A stretch of DNA of 64,000 nt, taken from the NCBI GenBank assembly GCA_016193175.1, contig JACPSR010000052.1, positions 11,226-75,225 on the forward strand. Direction: 5' to 3'. The position numbers were made by a program, and so were the translations under genes. The notes beneath the pieces were generated by a model, which saw only the letters and a program-made list of their open reading frames with translations, was not told the origin of the DNA and searched no databases. The DNA is from Candidatus Omnitrophota bacterium. GTDB taxonomy: Bacteria > Omnitrophota > Gorgyraeia > Aquiviventales > Aquiviventaceae. Of the stretch, positions 12,201-24,200 are shown one piece after another. Numbering within the stretch: position 1 is the first letter of the stretch; every line of letters begins with the position of its first letter.

Positions 12201-15200
12201 CGCTTGACGGATTGAGATGCGAGGCTCCTTCGCCTTCGCCACGGCCCACAGGTCGCGCACACTCTCGCCAATCCGTTTCCTCACATCTTTCCGGATATCC
12301 TCATGCAGCGCTTCGCGTTTCGCCTTGCGCTGCTCATTCTCGGCAGGCGACAGTTCAGGATCCGGCAAACTTGCAAGGATCTCGCGGACGCGCTTGCGCT
12401 CATGGTCGGAGACGATGGCCCCACCGGCGCTCGCCACCGAGTCGTGAAAGACGATCACGCCACGCTCGAAGAGCGTCTTGTCGGCCGCTTCTTCGATAGG
12501 ACCGTTGGCCTCCTCGACAATGAGGGTGGCCTGGACAGCCCCGACGTTCTTGGTGGTGATCGTGTTCTCCAGCGCCGCAAGAATCAAGATATCGGTCTTG
12601 CGTGAGAGGACCGCCTCGTTCCCTGCCTGCGTTCCCTCAACGACGACACTCCCGGGAATGCGCGATGCCGCCGTGATCACAGAACGCCGTTCGTCTTTGG
12701 CTTGCTTGATGAGTTCGACCTCTTCTCTCGTGAAGCCACCGACCTTGATCAGGGCGCCTCCTGTGTCGTTGATGGCCTCGACCCTTCGCTCGCGCTCCAC
12801 ATTTTCGATCAGTGCAAAGCGGGCGGCATTCCCCGCCCCGATGATCACGACGGTTGGCACATCGGGGTTGCCCCCCCGGTCCCTGATGGCTTGGCGAATG
12901 TCTTCAATCTTCAGCGCCGCATCAATGGCGTAGGTGCCACCCAGGCCTGTGGCTTCGGTGCGGACGGCAATACCACCAAGCTCGATGGGTTTGGTTGAGA
13001 AGGTGCCCAGGGCTTTGACGATATCCGGCAGATCACGCTGTTCACGAATCGCCTTCTGCCCTTCGCGGATGACGGCCCGGACGTAGGGCAGCGGGCCGAG
13101 GGAGATCTCTTCTTCATTGCGCTTGATGATGACAGGCTCACTGAACTCTGCCTGGGTGGGTTGGACGGTCGGACGGCCCGCAGCGGTCTCACGCTGGGTG
13201 AAGGTGTGCAGGTAGCCTTCGGTGAGCCAGATCATTTCTTGCTCGCCGGTGTTGACGTCTGGGGCGGGGCCGTCGATGCCGATGCCGACGATGGGGGCAG
13301 GATCCCTCTCACGCGTGATGGTGCTGGGTGCGCCCCAGGCTGAACCGATCGCGAGAAAGAGCTCTCGTTGAGCCTCGCGTGGGAATTCTGGTCGAGGATC
13401 AGACGCGCTCGTTTTCTTCAAGACCCATGTCTTGACGGCAACGACATTCCCGCCGGCATCCTTCTGGTAGCCCAGCAGCGCAACGGTTCCCTTGCCGCCA
13501 CCGGTATCTAGACCCACAGAAGCCAGCTTCAGCGTCATCCCCTTCGCGAGGCCCTGCGCTTCTTCTCTCATCCACTGCCGAAGATCGCGCACGAGCTTGG
13601 TCAGCTCCTCCTTTGGTGGAGAATGTTCTAGACGTGAGAGAGCGGCCAAGCGCGACTTCAGCGTTTCGCCCCATGCATCGGAGCCCGCATCGAGCTCACG
13701 GATGCCGCCCTGGAACGGGCCGATGCGGTTGTTATCCTGGGCGCGGACGTGTGGGAAGAACCAGGTTTGGCCATCCACTGGGAGACTCACTTCACCCTCA
13801 TGGATGGCTTGCGTGCCAACGAGCTGCTGGATCAGCTCTGGCGGGAGTTCCTCCGCTTGGGCTGCCGCTTGGGCTGCCGCGCGCATCCGCTCCTGCATCT
13901 TCGTCAGCAGCGGGTTCTGCGATGGCTCGGCAGCCCCTCGCGCGAGCGCCAGGTCCTTGATGAGGGTGATCGCCGAGGCGGCTCGCTGCCACTGGTCATC
14001 CGCCAAGACGATGAGGATCGCGTCCTGGCCATCAATCACCATCGTCCGAGAGGTATCAAATACCGCCTGTCTGCGACCCCGGACTGCAGCCGTCACGAAC
14101 GCTTCACCGGTTTCAAGGTGCGGCAGGCCGCGCACGGCATCCTGCACGACCTGATTCACCTCAGCGCTATCTTTCATCGGCTTGCCGGTCGAGATCAAAA
14201 GGGCGTAGACATCTCCTGAAGTGACAGGAACGCTGACGGCTTCCACCTCGGAATGAGGTGAATCAGGAGTTCCTGCAGGGCTTGGGATGTCTTGCTCAGC
14301 TAATACTTGTTCGAAGGTAGCTGAGAGGGCTACCCCCCTGCGCTTCAAGTCCTCCTGTGTCAACGGCACGATGTTCTGTACCGCAGACTCTTTTCGGTAG
14401 GTGTCGAGCGCCGGCTGATCACGGTTAATCGCCAGATTCAGAGCAAGCGTGACGTGTTTCGTCCCATACTTCTGGTGGATGGCCTGTAGAACCGGCAAGA
14501 GGCTGGCCTCGAGCGGCGACGCAGGGGTGTAGAGGCTTCGTTCGTCATCCACGGGGCGGGTCGGGAGCGTCCGAACAGCTTCCTTCGGCTGCTGCTGACG
14601 CAGATCGATGGTCGTGACGCCTTCCTTCTGATAGAACGGGACGTCTTTGTTGTAGCCAAGGTCAATGACAAAGTCGACCTCAGGCAGTGTGGAGAGATCT
14701 GTTTCATTGCGCACGCTGAAGTTCAGTTGGTCTCCAAGACTCACGACGTAGTCGCCCGCCGTGGTCTTCCCGTGATTGATCGGGACGTCCAAGTGCCCAT
14801 AGTCGGAGTGGGTCTTCAAGCCCTCCGCATACGCGCCTGCCGCAGATGCCGGCATCCCATTGACCCACACCAGCTCGATATCCTGATCCCGCATGCGGGT
14901 CAGGTCATAGAAGATGAGCTGATCGAGTCGGCCGGCATTCTCGGCAATGCCGTTGATCCCCACCCGGACCTTGCGGGTCAGGCGATGCGCGTGGGCTTGA
15001 CGCTTTGCCTTAAGGGCTTGGGCCAACTGACGCGCCGTGCGGACGATCTCCTCGGCTGGGACAGGCGGGGCGGCCGCTGCGGCCGCTCGTCCCCTGCGAC
15101 GCCTGCCGCCTCCACCAACCGCCTCGGGGGGCGCTGTAGGCTGCTGGAGCTTCCCGGCAGCTTCCAAGATATGCAGACTTTCAGCCAGGTCATTGACCCG

Positions 15201-18200
15201 CGCCACATACCCCCATTCGTTGTCATACCAGGGAGAGACGACGACGTACTTCCCGACCGGCCGATCATCGGTGTCGGTGAGCTCGCGCCCGCGCTCATCG
15301 AAGACGCGGATGCGGTCTTCATCAATGATGCTGCTGATTTCACTCTGTTTGACCAAGCCCATGGTCACGTTCTTGGTGACTTGAAGCATCCGGGGATCCT
15401 TCGCGGCCTTGTCTTTGAAGGCCTGGACGACCGCCTTTCTCGTCGCCGGGATTCGCAATGTGGCCCGATACACCAGCATAGACACCGTCGCGGTGGGCAC
15501 GCGGATCGCCAGCCCATTGTGCGGACCGGGGGCGCTCCCGTCGATCGTCTCGATCATCTGCATGGTCGAGATCGACGAAGCCGCTCCGGTCGTGGTCAAG
15601 CCGCTCTCGCGCGTCGCTGGAAAGGCCCGGCTCGGATCCCCCGAGGCGAAGCTCTGCACCGGCGACTGCGTGTTCGTCACGGAGTGGATGGTGATCATCT
15701 CCCCTCGCTCCACCCCAAAGGCGTGATTCAGCGCGGCGACAACCGTTGCCAGCCCGTTGGTGGTGCAGGACGCCACGGAGTGAATGCGCGGATCGATGAG
15801 CTCCATGAGGTCATCCACCGTGGCCCCCAGCACCACCATGGGGGTCTGCGCATCGCCGGGTGGGTTGGTCATCTGCACCTTGGCCGCGCCGTTGTTGATG
15901 TGCTTCTTGATCGCCCCGGCCATGGTATAGGCTTCGCGATCCCCCGAGGAGTCAACGATGTACAGCCGGTTGTGGCCGCCGGGACCCTTGACGTGGGGGG
16001 CGTCCTCCCATTTCTTCCAGGGGAGGACCTGACGCTCGTTATCCACCAGCATGATCCACCCGCCGATCGAGACCCAGTCTTGTCGATAGCGTGTGCCGTT
16101 GATCTTGAGAAAGTGGCCGTACTTGATCTCAAGGCCTTCAAACAAGCGGCCATACGTTGAGTCGCTCTCCGCCATCTTTTGGGCAAGGCGCGCCAACGGT
16201 TCTGAGCCGACCCCGTTCAGATGGATCACGTTCATCCCTCCGCGCCGCAAGGCTTGCGCCAGGTCAAGGAATCCAACGCGTCCCAGGCCGTTAATGGCCG
16301 TCGGGATGGGGTTGGCCAGCACCCGATTCACAAACGCTTCCTGCTCCGCTCGCGTCGTGAACGAGAGACGCCCCGACTTGACCAACCGCTCAACCAACTG
16401 CTCGGTGGGTTTCCGGCGTTCTTCATTCGGAACGAACTGTTCCACTGTCCCGCCAGCTTGCACGGGGATCGCATCCACGAGGTTAGCCTCGGTCAAGGGA
16501 GCGGTCAACGCCGTCAGAGGCGGCGCCTGAAGCTGCGGGCCGGCGACGGTCCCCGACAGCTCCTCGATGCGGCGTTTGAGCTCCGGGGAGGTGGGCGCGG
16601 CTTCTTGCGCAATCGTCAGGTAATGCTGCGCCGTGAACGGGTCATCCTTGCCCTCGGTCCTGGCCAGGTGGAGGGCCAGCTCTGCCGCCTGGTTGCGCGT
16701 GTCAGGATGCAGCTCGTGCGCGTTGTAGGTGTTGAGGAGGAAGCGCAGGAGTTGCAACGCATTCCGATCGTCGTTGTCCGATGGCACCGTGATGGCATCC
16801 TGTTCGAGCTCACTCAGCTCAACCGCTTGCAGACCGTCTTGCTGGATGCGGCGGGCACGGAAGTACCCTCGCGCCGCCTCCACGCGCCGACGGTGTGTCG
16901 GATGGCGGTTGTAGGCCAGCGCATCCGCGAAGGCTTCTTCGGCTTGCTCAAAGAGCCCCAGGTCTCCATACGCCACACCGAGCCGATACGCGGCGTAGGC
17001 CCGCTCGCCGTCCGACCGAGCCGCGCGCACCTGGGCGCGCCAGACGCTGATGTCGGTCTCGATAGTGAACCGGTAGGTTCGGTGGAGGCCGGAGGAGGAC
17101 ACCTGCAGTTGCTCGAGGGTCAGCTCGCCGGTCTTGGGGTTGACCTCGGGCGCGGCCATCGCCCGGCCATCGACGTCCACCCACGGCACCGGACTGACCG
17201 CGGTGAACCACGTCGCAGCAGGGCCTCGCACGAGGTGCTTGGCCTCGTCCGACGAGTCAGAGTCGTACTCGGTCTCCCACGAGACCGCCTTCGTCCGACG
17301 CGCCAGCATGGCGGCAAGCAGCGCGATCTTCCGGCGGTCCTCTTGAAACAGCGCATCGGACAACCCGCGACGGGTCAGGGACGCCCGATGCTCCTGAAGA
17401 AGCGCGGTGAGCGCCGCGGCGATCTCCTGCTCTTTCTGAGCCACTGCGTGCTGTGGGTGTTGCATGATCGCCACGACCCGAGGATGGGTCCACACCGTCT
17501 CATCCTGCGCCAGCTCGATCATCTCATCGAGCGTGTAGCGCTGATAGTCGGAGGGTTCGAAGGAACCTTTCTGGGCCTCGCTCCAGACCCTGGCGGCGGC
17601 CAGGCGCGCCTTATACGACACCTCCAGCCCTGCGGCCATCGCCGCCTTGATGGCCATCTCGGGCGAGGCGCCGATCCCCCACAGGAGATGCAGCCGGTTT
17701 CCGTTCGATGTCACATCCTTCGCCGCCACGGAGAGCACCGGAAGGACGTCGCCGTCTCGGAACGTGTAGAGACCGCCGATCTCAAGAAGGCGTCGGCCGA
17801 GGAACCTGATCGGCGGTAGTTTCTTCAATTTCAGCGGCTGGCCGGTCTCGATGGCCGCCGCGACGGCCTCCTGCAGCCCGGTCCATGCCTGCTCGTCGAT
17901 CGCCCGGCCCCACAGTTGCTCGAGGCCGGCTCTCAGTTGAACGCGATCCTCTTGCACCAAGCCGCCCAGCGCCTTCCACACCGCGTCAAACTGCTTCTCC
18001 CTTCCGAACTTGGCTTCCCATGCGGCCTGCAAGAACGGGCGGTTGCGGTCTCGGTAGAGCGCCGCGCTGCGGAGGTTCTTTGCGCTCACGCCCACCGCCT
18101 TGGCGACGGATTCCAAGTTCTTCGCAGGCGGCGCGTTCAAGTCGACCCTGCGCGTCGCTCCCTTCGGCGCGAAGACATACTGGCCGTAGATATCGACGGC

Positions 18201-21200
18201 GCGCAGCGCCCCGCTCGGCGTCGTCACCGACGCCACGGAGTTGGCCCCCGGCACCCCTGGCGCTCCGATCCGGGCGGTCACCTCGAGCGGGTCGACCGAT
18301 AACGACACGCTGAGCCTGGTGATGGCGAATCGATTGAGGCTCCGGCTGGCTCGCCCCAGATGGCGGTCACGGCCCAGGGTGGGCGCTTCATCCCGCCGTC
18401 CTTCCGCGTTGTCGACCCGGGCGTCCACATCGATGGCGCCAAGGCCCGCGGCGATCCCCTCGGTGGTGCGCCGATCTGCGCCCCGCTTCACTGATTCACG
18501 ATTCGCATCGTGGGAGAGATCCGGCAGGATGCTCATGACGGCGGCGGCTGTGGGCGCTCCCATGCCGGCGAGCGTCTCGAACCGGCTCGGCGCGGCGGCG
18601 CGCGACGGGCCAGCAAGGTTCGTCTCGGCCGCCTCCACGCGCCTGATCCCGACGACGCGCGGATTGACGTGGCGCATGACCCGCTCGGTCCCCAGGCGCA
18701 CTTTTTCACGCTCAGCCTCATCCAACGCGCCGCTTTGCCTGAGGGCTTCGACCACAAGGAGTGTAAAGTCAACCTCAAAGGCGCCTGCCATCTGCCTGAG
18801 CAACCCTCGGGGATTTTCCTTGATCGCCGATTCCAACTCGTCGCTCGGCAAAAGCTGTGCGAAGACTGCCGGGTAGTTGCGCGGTTCGATCGCTCCATTG
18901 GCCACTCGTTGGACCAAGGCCTTCGCAGGAGCGGCCAGCCACCGAAGGCGACTCTCCGAGGTCAGTCGATTGACTCTCGTGCGGGTCAAGTAGTCTGAAA
19001 CGTTCAGGGGGCGGGAAGGAACAGGCAGGAGCTGCTCAAGTAGGATCAGCGCCTCGTGCTTCACCAAGTCGCTGTTCGCGTATAAGGCGAACCACACCAG
19101 CTCCGCCCGGACCCTCGGAAGAACGTCGCTGCCAGCTGGCGCTCTGGAGGCAGCCGCGGCGATGATCCGCAAGAGGCGCGCTTGATCTTCCCAGGATGGC
19201 GCGCCCAACGCCCTGGCTCGAAGCGTCTCGATCGTCTTCGTCGTCACCCGATCGAACTGAGCAAGCAGCCCCACCATGATGTCCAGAACGCCCGGATCCG
19301 ACTCCGTCCCGAGCCGTTGCTCAACACGGCCTTGCACCTCCTGCGCGAGCGGTTGATCCTTCAGGAGCACGGCGATCTCAGCCAAAAGCGCGACGGCCAC
19401 CCGTCGGACGCGCGGGTGGCCATGGGTCAATCCGGCCTGATCGTTGGAGGAGGCCAATAACGCCCGCGCGAGGTTCTCGATCCGTTCTCTGGGAAGACCC
19501 TTGACCGCAGCCAGCAGGACATCGAACCGATCGTTGTACTGGTCATCGGACGCGATCACCAACAGCGCATCGTCAAGGGCGGCACGCCATCCGTTCTCTC
19601 GTAACGCGGCGGCCAATCCGTTCGCTTCGACAAGCGGTTGGACCTCCGGCTGGGGGGAAGGGTATGCCGCCAGCGCAGCGGCTCTGCCTGCCTCGCTCAG
19701 TGCAGGCTTCACAGCCAGGATGGCGCTGGTCAACGCTCCGGTCCGGAGGCTCGTGGAGCCGAACATCAGCACGGACAGCTCAGGGAGCCTCGCGTAGTCG
19801 TAGACGTTCTTGGCATCCATCGCCCCGCCGTAGCCGAGCTCGATCGCTTGCGCGACGTCCGAGCCGAACTGCTCCGCGAGCAGGCGGCGGATGGCGCCGA
19901 GCACGTCATTGACGTCGGCCGGGGAGAGGCCCTTCTTCTTTTCTGGGGCTTTGTTGGGGTCTGCCGCATTGGAGAGCTCAAAGACGATCTTGATCTTCTG
20001 GAGAGCAGACGGGGAGAGGCCGGCGAGACGCGAGAGGAGCTGCCGGCGGAGCACGGTTTCGCGCTGGTCCCAGTCGGCGTCATTGACGTAGACCACGAGG
20101 ATGGGAGCGCGGCCGGAATCGAGGATGACGGTGAGACGTTCACGCACTTGGGAATCGCTTTCTCGGAGCTCTTGATGACCAACGACGACGTACGGCGGAT
20201 CCCTGCCGGCTGGAAGCAGGTGGGGATTCTGCAAACCGAGCTGAACCCCCTGAGGTGCTGCGAGCGGCCGGCCCGCGCCAAGGTCGGCCACGGACGGCAT
20301 CGGCGGCACCACCACGATCGGGCCAGGCGCGCCACGTTGGACGTCCGTCAATGCGCTCAGGTAGGCTCTGGGCTCGCCGGGAAGCTCGAACCGGTTCTCG
20401 CGCTGCCAGAGGTGCACGATGATCGCACTTGGATGCTGCCGGCGGATGCGGCGCACCTGCTCCAGGGCGGCGGCGTCGGTTCCAGCCGCCACGACCCCAG
20501 GGGTCGCTCCGGCCCACGCGCCGCTCAAACCGGCACCGGCCTCCGTCTCTGGAAGCGCCACGATGACGCGCCCCAGGTTGTCGTCGCTGACGCCATCGAG
20601 CAAGCCGGCGCTCGGCATCGCTCCGGACGAGGCGAGCACAATCGGCCGAATCCCGTTGTCGAGGCTGGCCTTGATCCGGGCGTTGCCCTGGCTCACATCC
20701 GCCCCATCGACCAGCGCGTACTGCACGCCGGCGTCTTTCAACATCCTGGCTGACACCGTGCCGGTGAACCGGCCGGACTCCTGCCGAACCTCTGGAGCGC
20801 CGACCGCGATTCCGACGCGGGCCCATGCCTCGCGCTGCAGGGCGGCCTCAGGCGTCTCGGCCAACAGGTGCGCCCCCGGCAACACGATCACCTCCACCGG
20901 CAGCCCTGCGACGGCCACGCCGAGGCGCTCGAGCTGCCGCTGAACAGGTTGATCCGCCGAATTGGCTTTATGGTTGGCGATGAACGTCAGGCGCTTGCGC
21001 GGAAGCGGCGGGATGCCCAATGCCGTTGCCGCCTGGTCACCCAACGCATCGACCACGACCGGCGGGAGCGGCGTGTTGCCCAATCGCCCGCCCGGCATGG
21101 CGTTGATCGTCTCTTCCACGAGGTCGGAGACCCTGCGGCCCCCCACCTCGGTCGTGGGAGCCAGGGCCCGACGGTAGCGCCTCATGCTCCAGGTGCGGTT

Positions 21201-24200
21201 TGTGTCCTGCTCGCTGTCCGTCCCAAAGCCAAGCTGGATCACGCTGATGAGGTGCTCGCGATCCGCTTCCGACAATGTCCCAAAGGCCCCCTCACGGAAC
21301 GGGAGGGCAAAATTCTTCATGTTGTCCTTGAACGCCTTCACGACCTCCTCCGTTGTCGCCTTCAGCGATTCGTCCACCGCCGTGAACGCCCGGAGATGAG
21401 CGAAGATGGCTTCCTGCGTAGCGGGAGGCAACGCCTTGAATTTCTCAAAGACCGCCTTGTTCTGGGCGAGCACCCAGCCGAAGATCCTCCGCTGTATCGC
21501 GTCCGGCAGCCCGAGGAACAGGAGCCACTGCCACTGGGTAGCGATGTTGGCTTTGGCGAACAACTGCCACAGCGCGCGCCCATGGGGATCCTCTTCGATT
21601 GGCGCTTCAATGTCCCGGGGATCTTCCCCTGAGGTGCCGTGCTTCATGAGCTCTGTTCTGATGGGCATCTGGGAGCCGTTGACCGAGATCGTCGTGCCTT
21701 CCAGCGCGGTAAAGATCTTCGCGGCGGAGGTTGCGACCATGTTGTAGTACGCTCGCGCATCAGCCGCAAGGCCTCGCGGGGCGCTGGCAACAGCGAGGAA
21801 ATCAGGCTGAGCCAATCTGAGGATTTCCTCTTCACTCAGGTGCGCATACCGCGGATCCGTGTTCCATCGGTCGGCCCGACGTCTTGCCACTTCCTCGATA
21901 AACAGGCGCGCTTCAATCGGCGTCGTCGCACGCTTCTTTCCATCCTCCATGACCCCGGCCTCGCCGACATCCGTCTCCAGCGATGCCCAAGGCGGCAACA
22001 GGGCGCTCAACTCCCCGACAACTTCCACGACGCGCTTGTAGCCGGCGGCCGCGATCTCTGGTTGGAGGGCTTGTGCCTCAGTGTCTTTCGACCTCCCCTG
22101 GAGCGCCATTTCCACAATCAAGTCGCTCTCCGCTTGAGTGAGGGGTGGCTTGCTGAGCATGCGGCGTAACTCGTTGGATGATCTGATCACTGTCTCCTCA
22201 ATCAGCGCTCGTGCCGCAGCCTCGTCATACAACTGGGTCGCATAGATCGCGAAGGAGGTGTAGCCGGCCCGCAGCAACCGTGGGATGAGCTGCTGCATTC
22301 GCTGAATTTCCAGCTCCTGCTCGGCTTCGGTCTTCTTCTTCTCGACCCGCAGGTTGTCCGCATGGAGCGCCCACAGGATGGCGCGATTGGCCCTGGCAAA
22401 TTCCTCCGCGGCGATCCGCCTGGCGGTTTCGGCAAACTCCTCGTACGCGTTCCAGGCATAGCCGGTCAGCGCGCCGGATTTCTCCGCGTCGCCTTCCGTC
22501 CCGGCAATCTGGAGGATGAGCGGTTGGTTCGCCTCCAGCGCATCCCGGAACGCGGCCCGAATGATCTCTTCGGTGCGCCCGGTATTCGTCACCGTCGTGG
22601 AGACGATCTGATGCGCGCGCAAGCCCTCCCGGATCAGCCGGGCGCTGACCGGAAGCACGGCCAGACGCTGCGTGATTTTTTCTCCCAACCCCGGCAGCCG
22701 TCCCAATCGCTCAAGGAGGCGCTGCTGGACGTTCGGGTCGGTGTTCGTTTTTAGCAACTCAAGAAATCGTGGGAGCTCCTGCCGCAGCGTGTCATCGTCC
22801 CAGCGTTCAGGACTGGGGGTCAGTGGGGCGGCGGGAGGCGTGGGAACCAGCGCGCTTCGCTCACGCCGGTGGATCTCGCCCAGGCGAGCCAACAGGCCGT
22901 TTGCCTCCGCCACGTTCGTCACGGACGTCCGGATGACATACCCCTGAGGCCGAGCCTCCGGCGCCAGCGCGGCCAGCTCCATTATCTGCTCGGCGCTTGC
23001 GCTGACCCCGTAGACGCTCACAAAAGAGGCAAGGCGCTCGCCATAGTCGCCCCTGAGCGCGTGACGGATGATGCTGATTCCCTCACCGACTTGCTCGGCC
23101 GTAGCGCCAGGGCTCGGGTCATAGACCGGGACCGTCAGCAACACCTCGTCATCGCGCAACCCCCGCAGGAGGCTGCGCAGTTGAAACTGAACCAGCTCAG
23201 GTGTCAGGCCGGCGCGTCGCTGCTCCTCGGTGACACCGAGCATGAGGAGCGGATGCCTGCCCCGCTCCACCACGGCCTTCACGATCCGATTGGCCGCGTC
23301 AAGATCGCCACCGAGGTCGGCGGGGTTCACCACCGCATCCCGAAGCTCATCCGGCAGACTCGTCACAGCCTTCGGATCCCTGAGATGTTGCCATCCGACA
23401 CGAATGCCACGAGGCAGTTGAGCGAATGACCCTCCGAATAAGGGGCGGTTGAGATTGATCAAGACCCGGCGATGCCCAAGCGCTCGAAGCTCCTCAGCCA
23501 ATCGGAGAAACTGCTCAGGGGGCACCGGATGGGGCGACTCGACAAGCACGGTCTTTCCAGCGTTTCCCTGGAAGAGGCGACGGTACGCGGCCTGGCCGAC
23601 CTGCTGCGGAGTCATGACGATTCCATCAAACGTCTTCAAGAGCCCAGCGAGGGTGTCCGTCTCAAGCGAACCGTAGGCCGATCCGTCAACGATCACGGGG
23701 ATGTCTGAGATCTTCAGTGTTCGTCGGACCCACAAGCCATGCGTCGTTCTCCAGGCCTCCAGCGCATCGGCGATCATCCCCCGCCTGCTCGTGAGTCGTT
23801 CTTCATCGGCATCGGGGGGAATCCGTGATTCGTCGCGGATGACAATCCGCGAGAGCTCCTCAGGCCTGACGCCGGCCAGCAACCCGGCCACCTCCTGCTT
23901 GAGGCCAATCTCCTGTTCGTCGCCGTTCAACGTGACGGCGCGAAGCCCCACCACGACGCTCGCTTGGCGATCCAAGGCCACGCGGATGGCCTGGTGTCTG
24001 GAGGGAAGCGAATCCGACGGATCCGCGCTGACGACTACCGGAGCTTCGAGGGCCCCACCCGAGAAGCCCTCGATAGCCTCCTTAACTCGCTGTGAAGCGA
24101 TCTCTTCCGTCGTCGGCGCCACAATCACCGTCACATGGTCCGGGGCGCCCAGCCTGGCAAGTTCTGATGCCAACAGCCCCCCTCCAGTGAAGACCACCGT

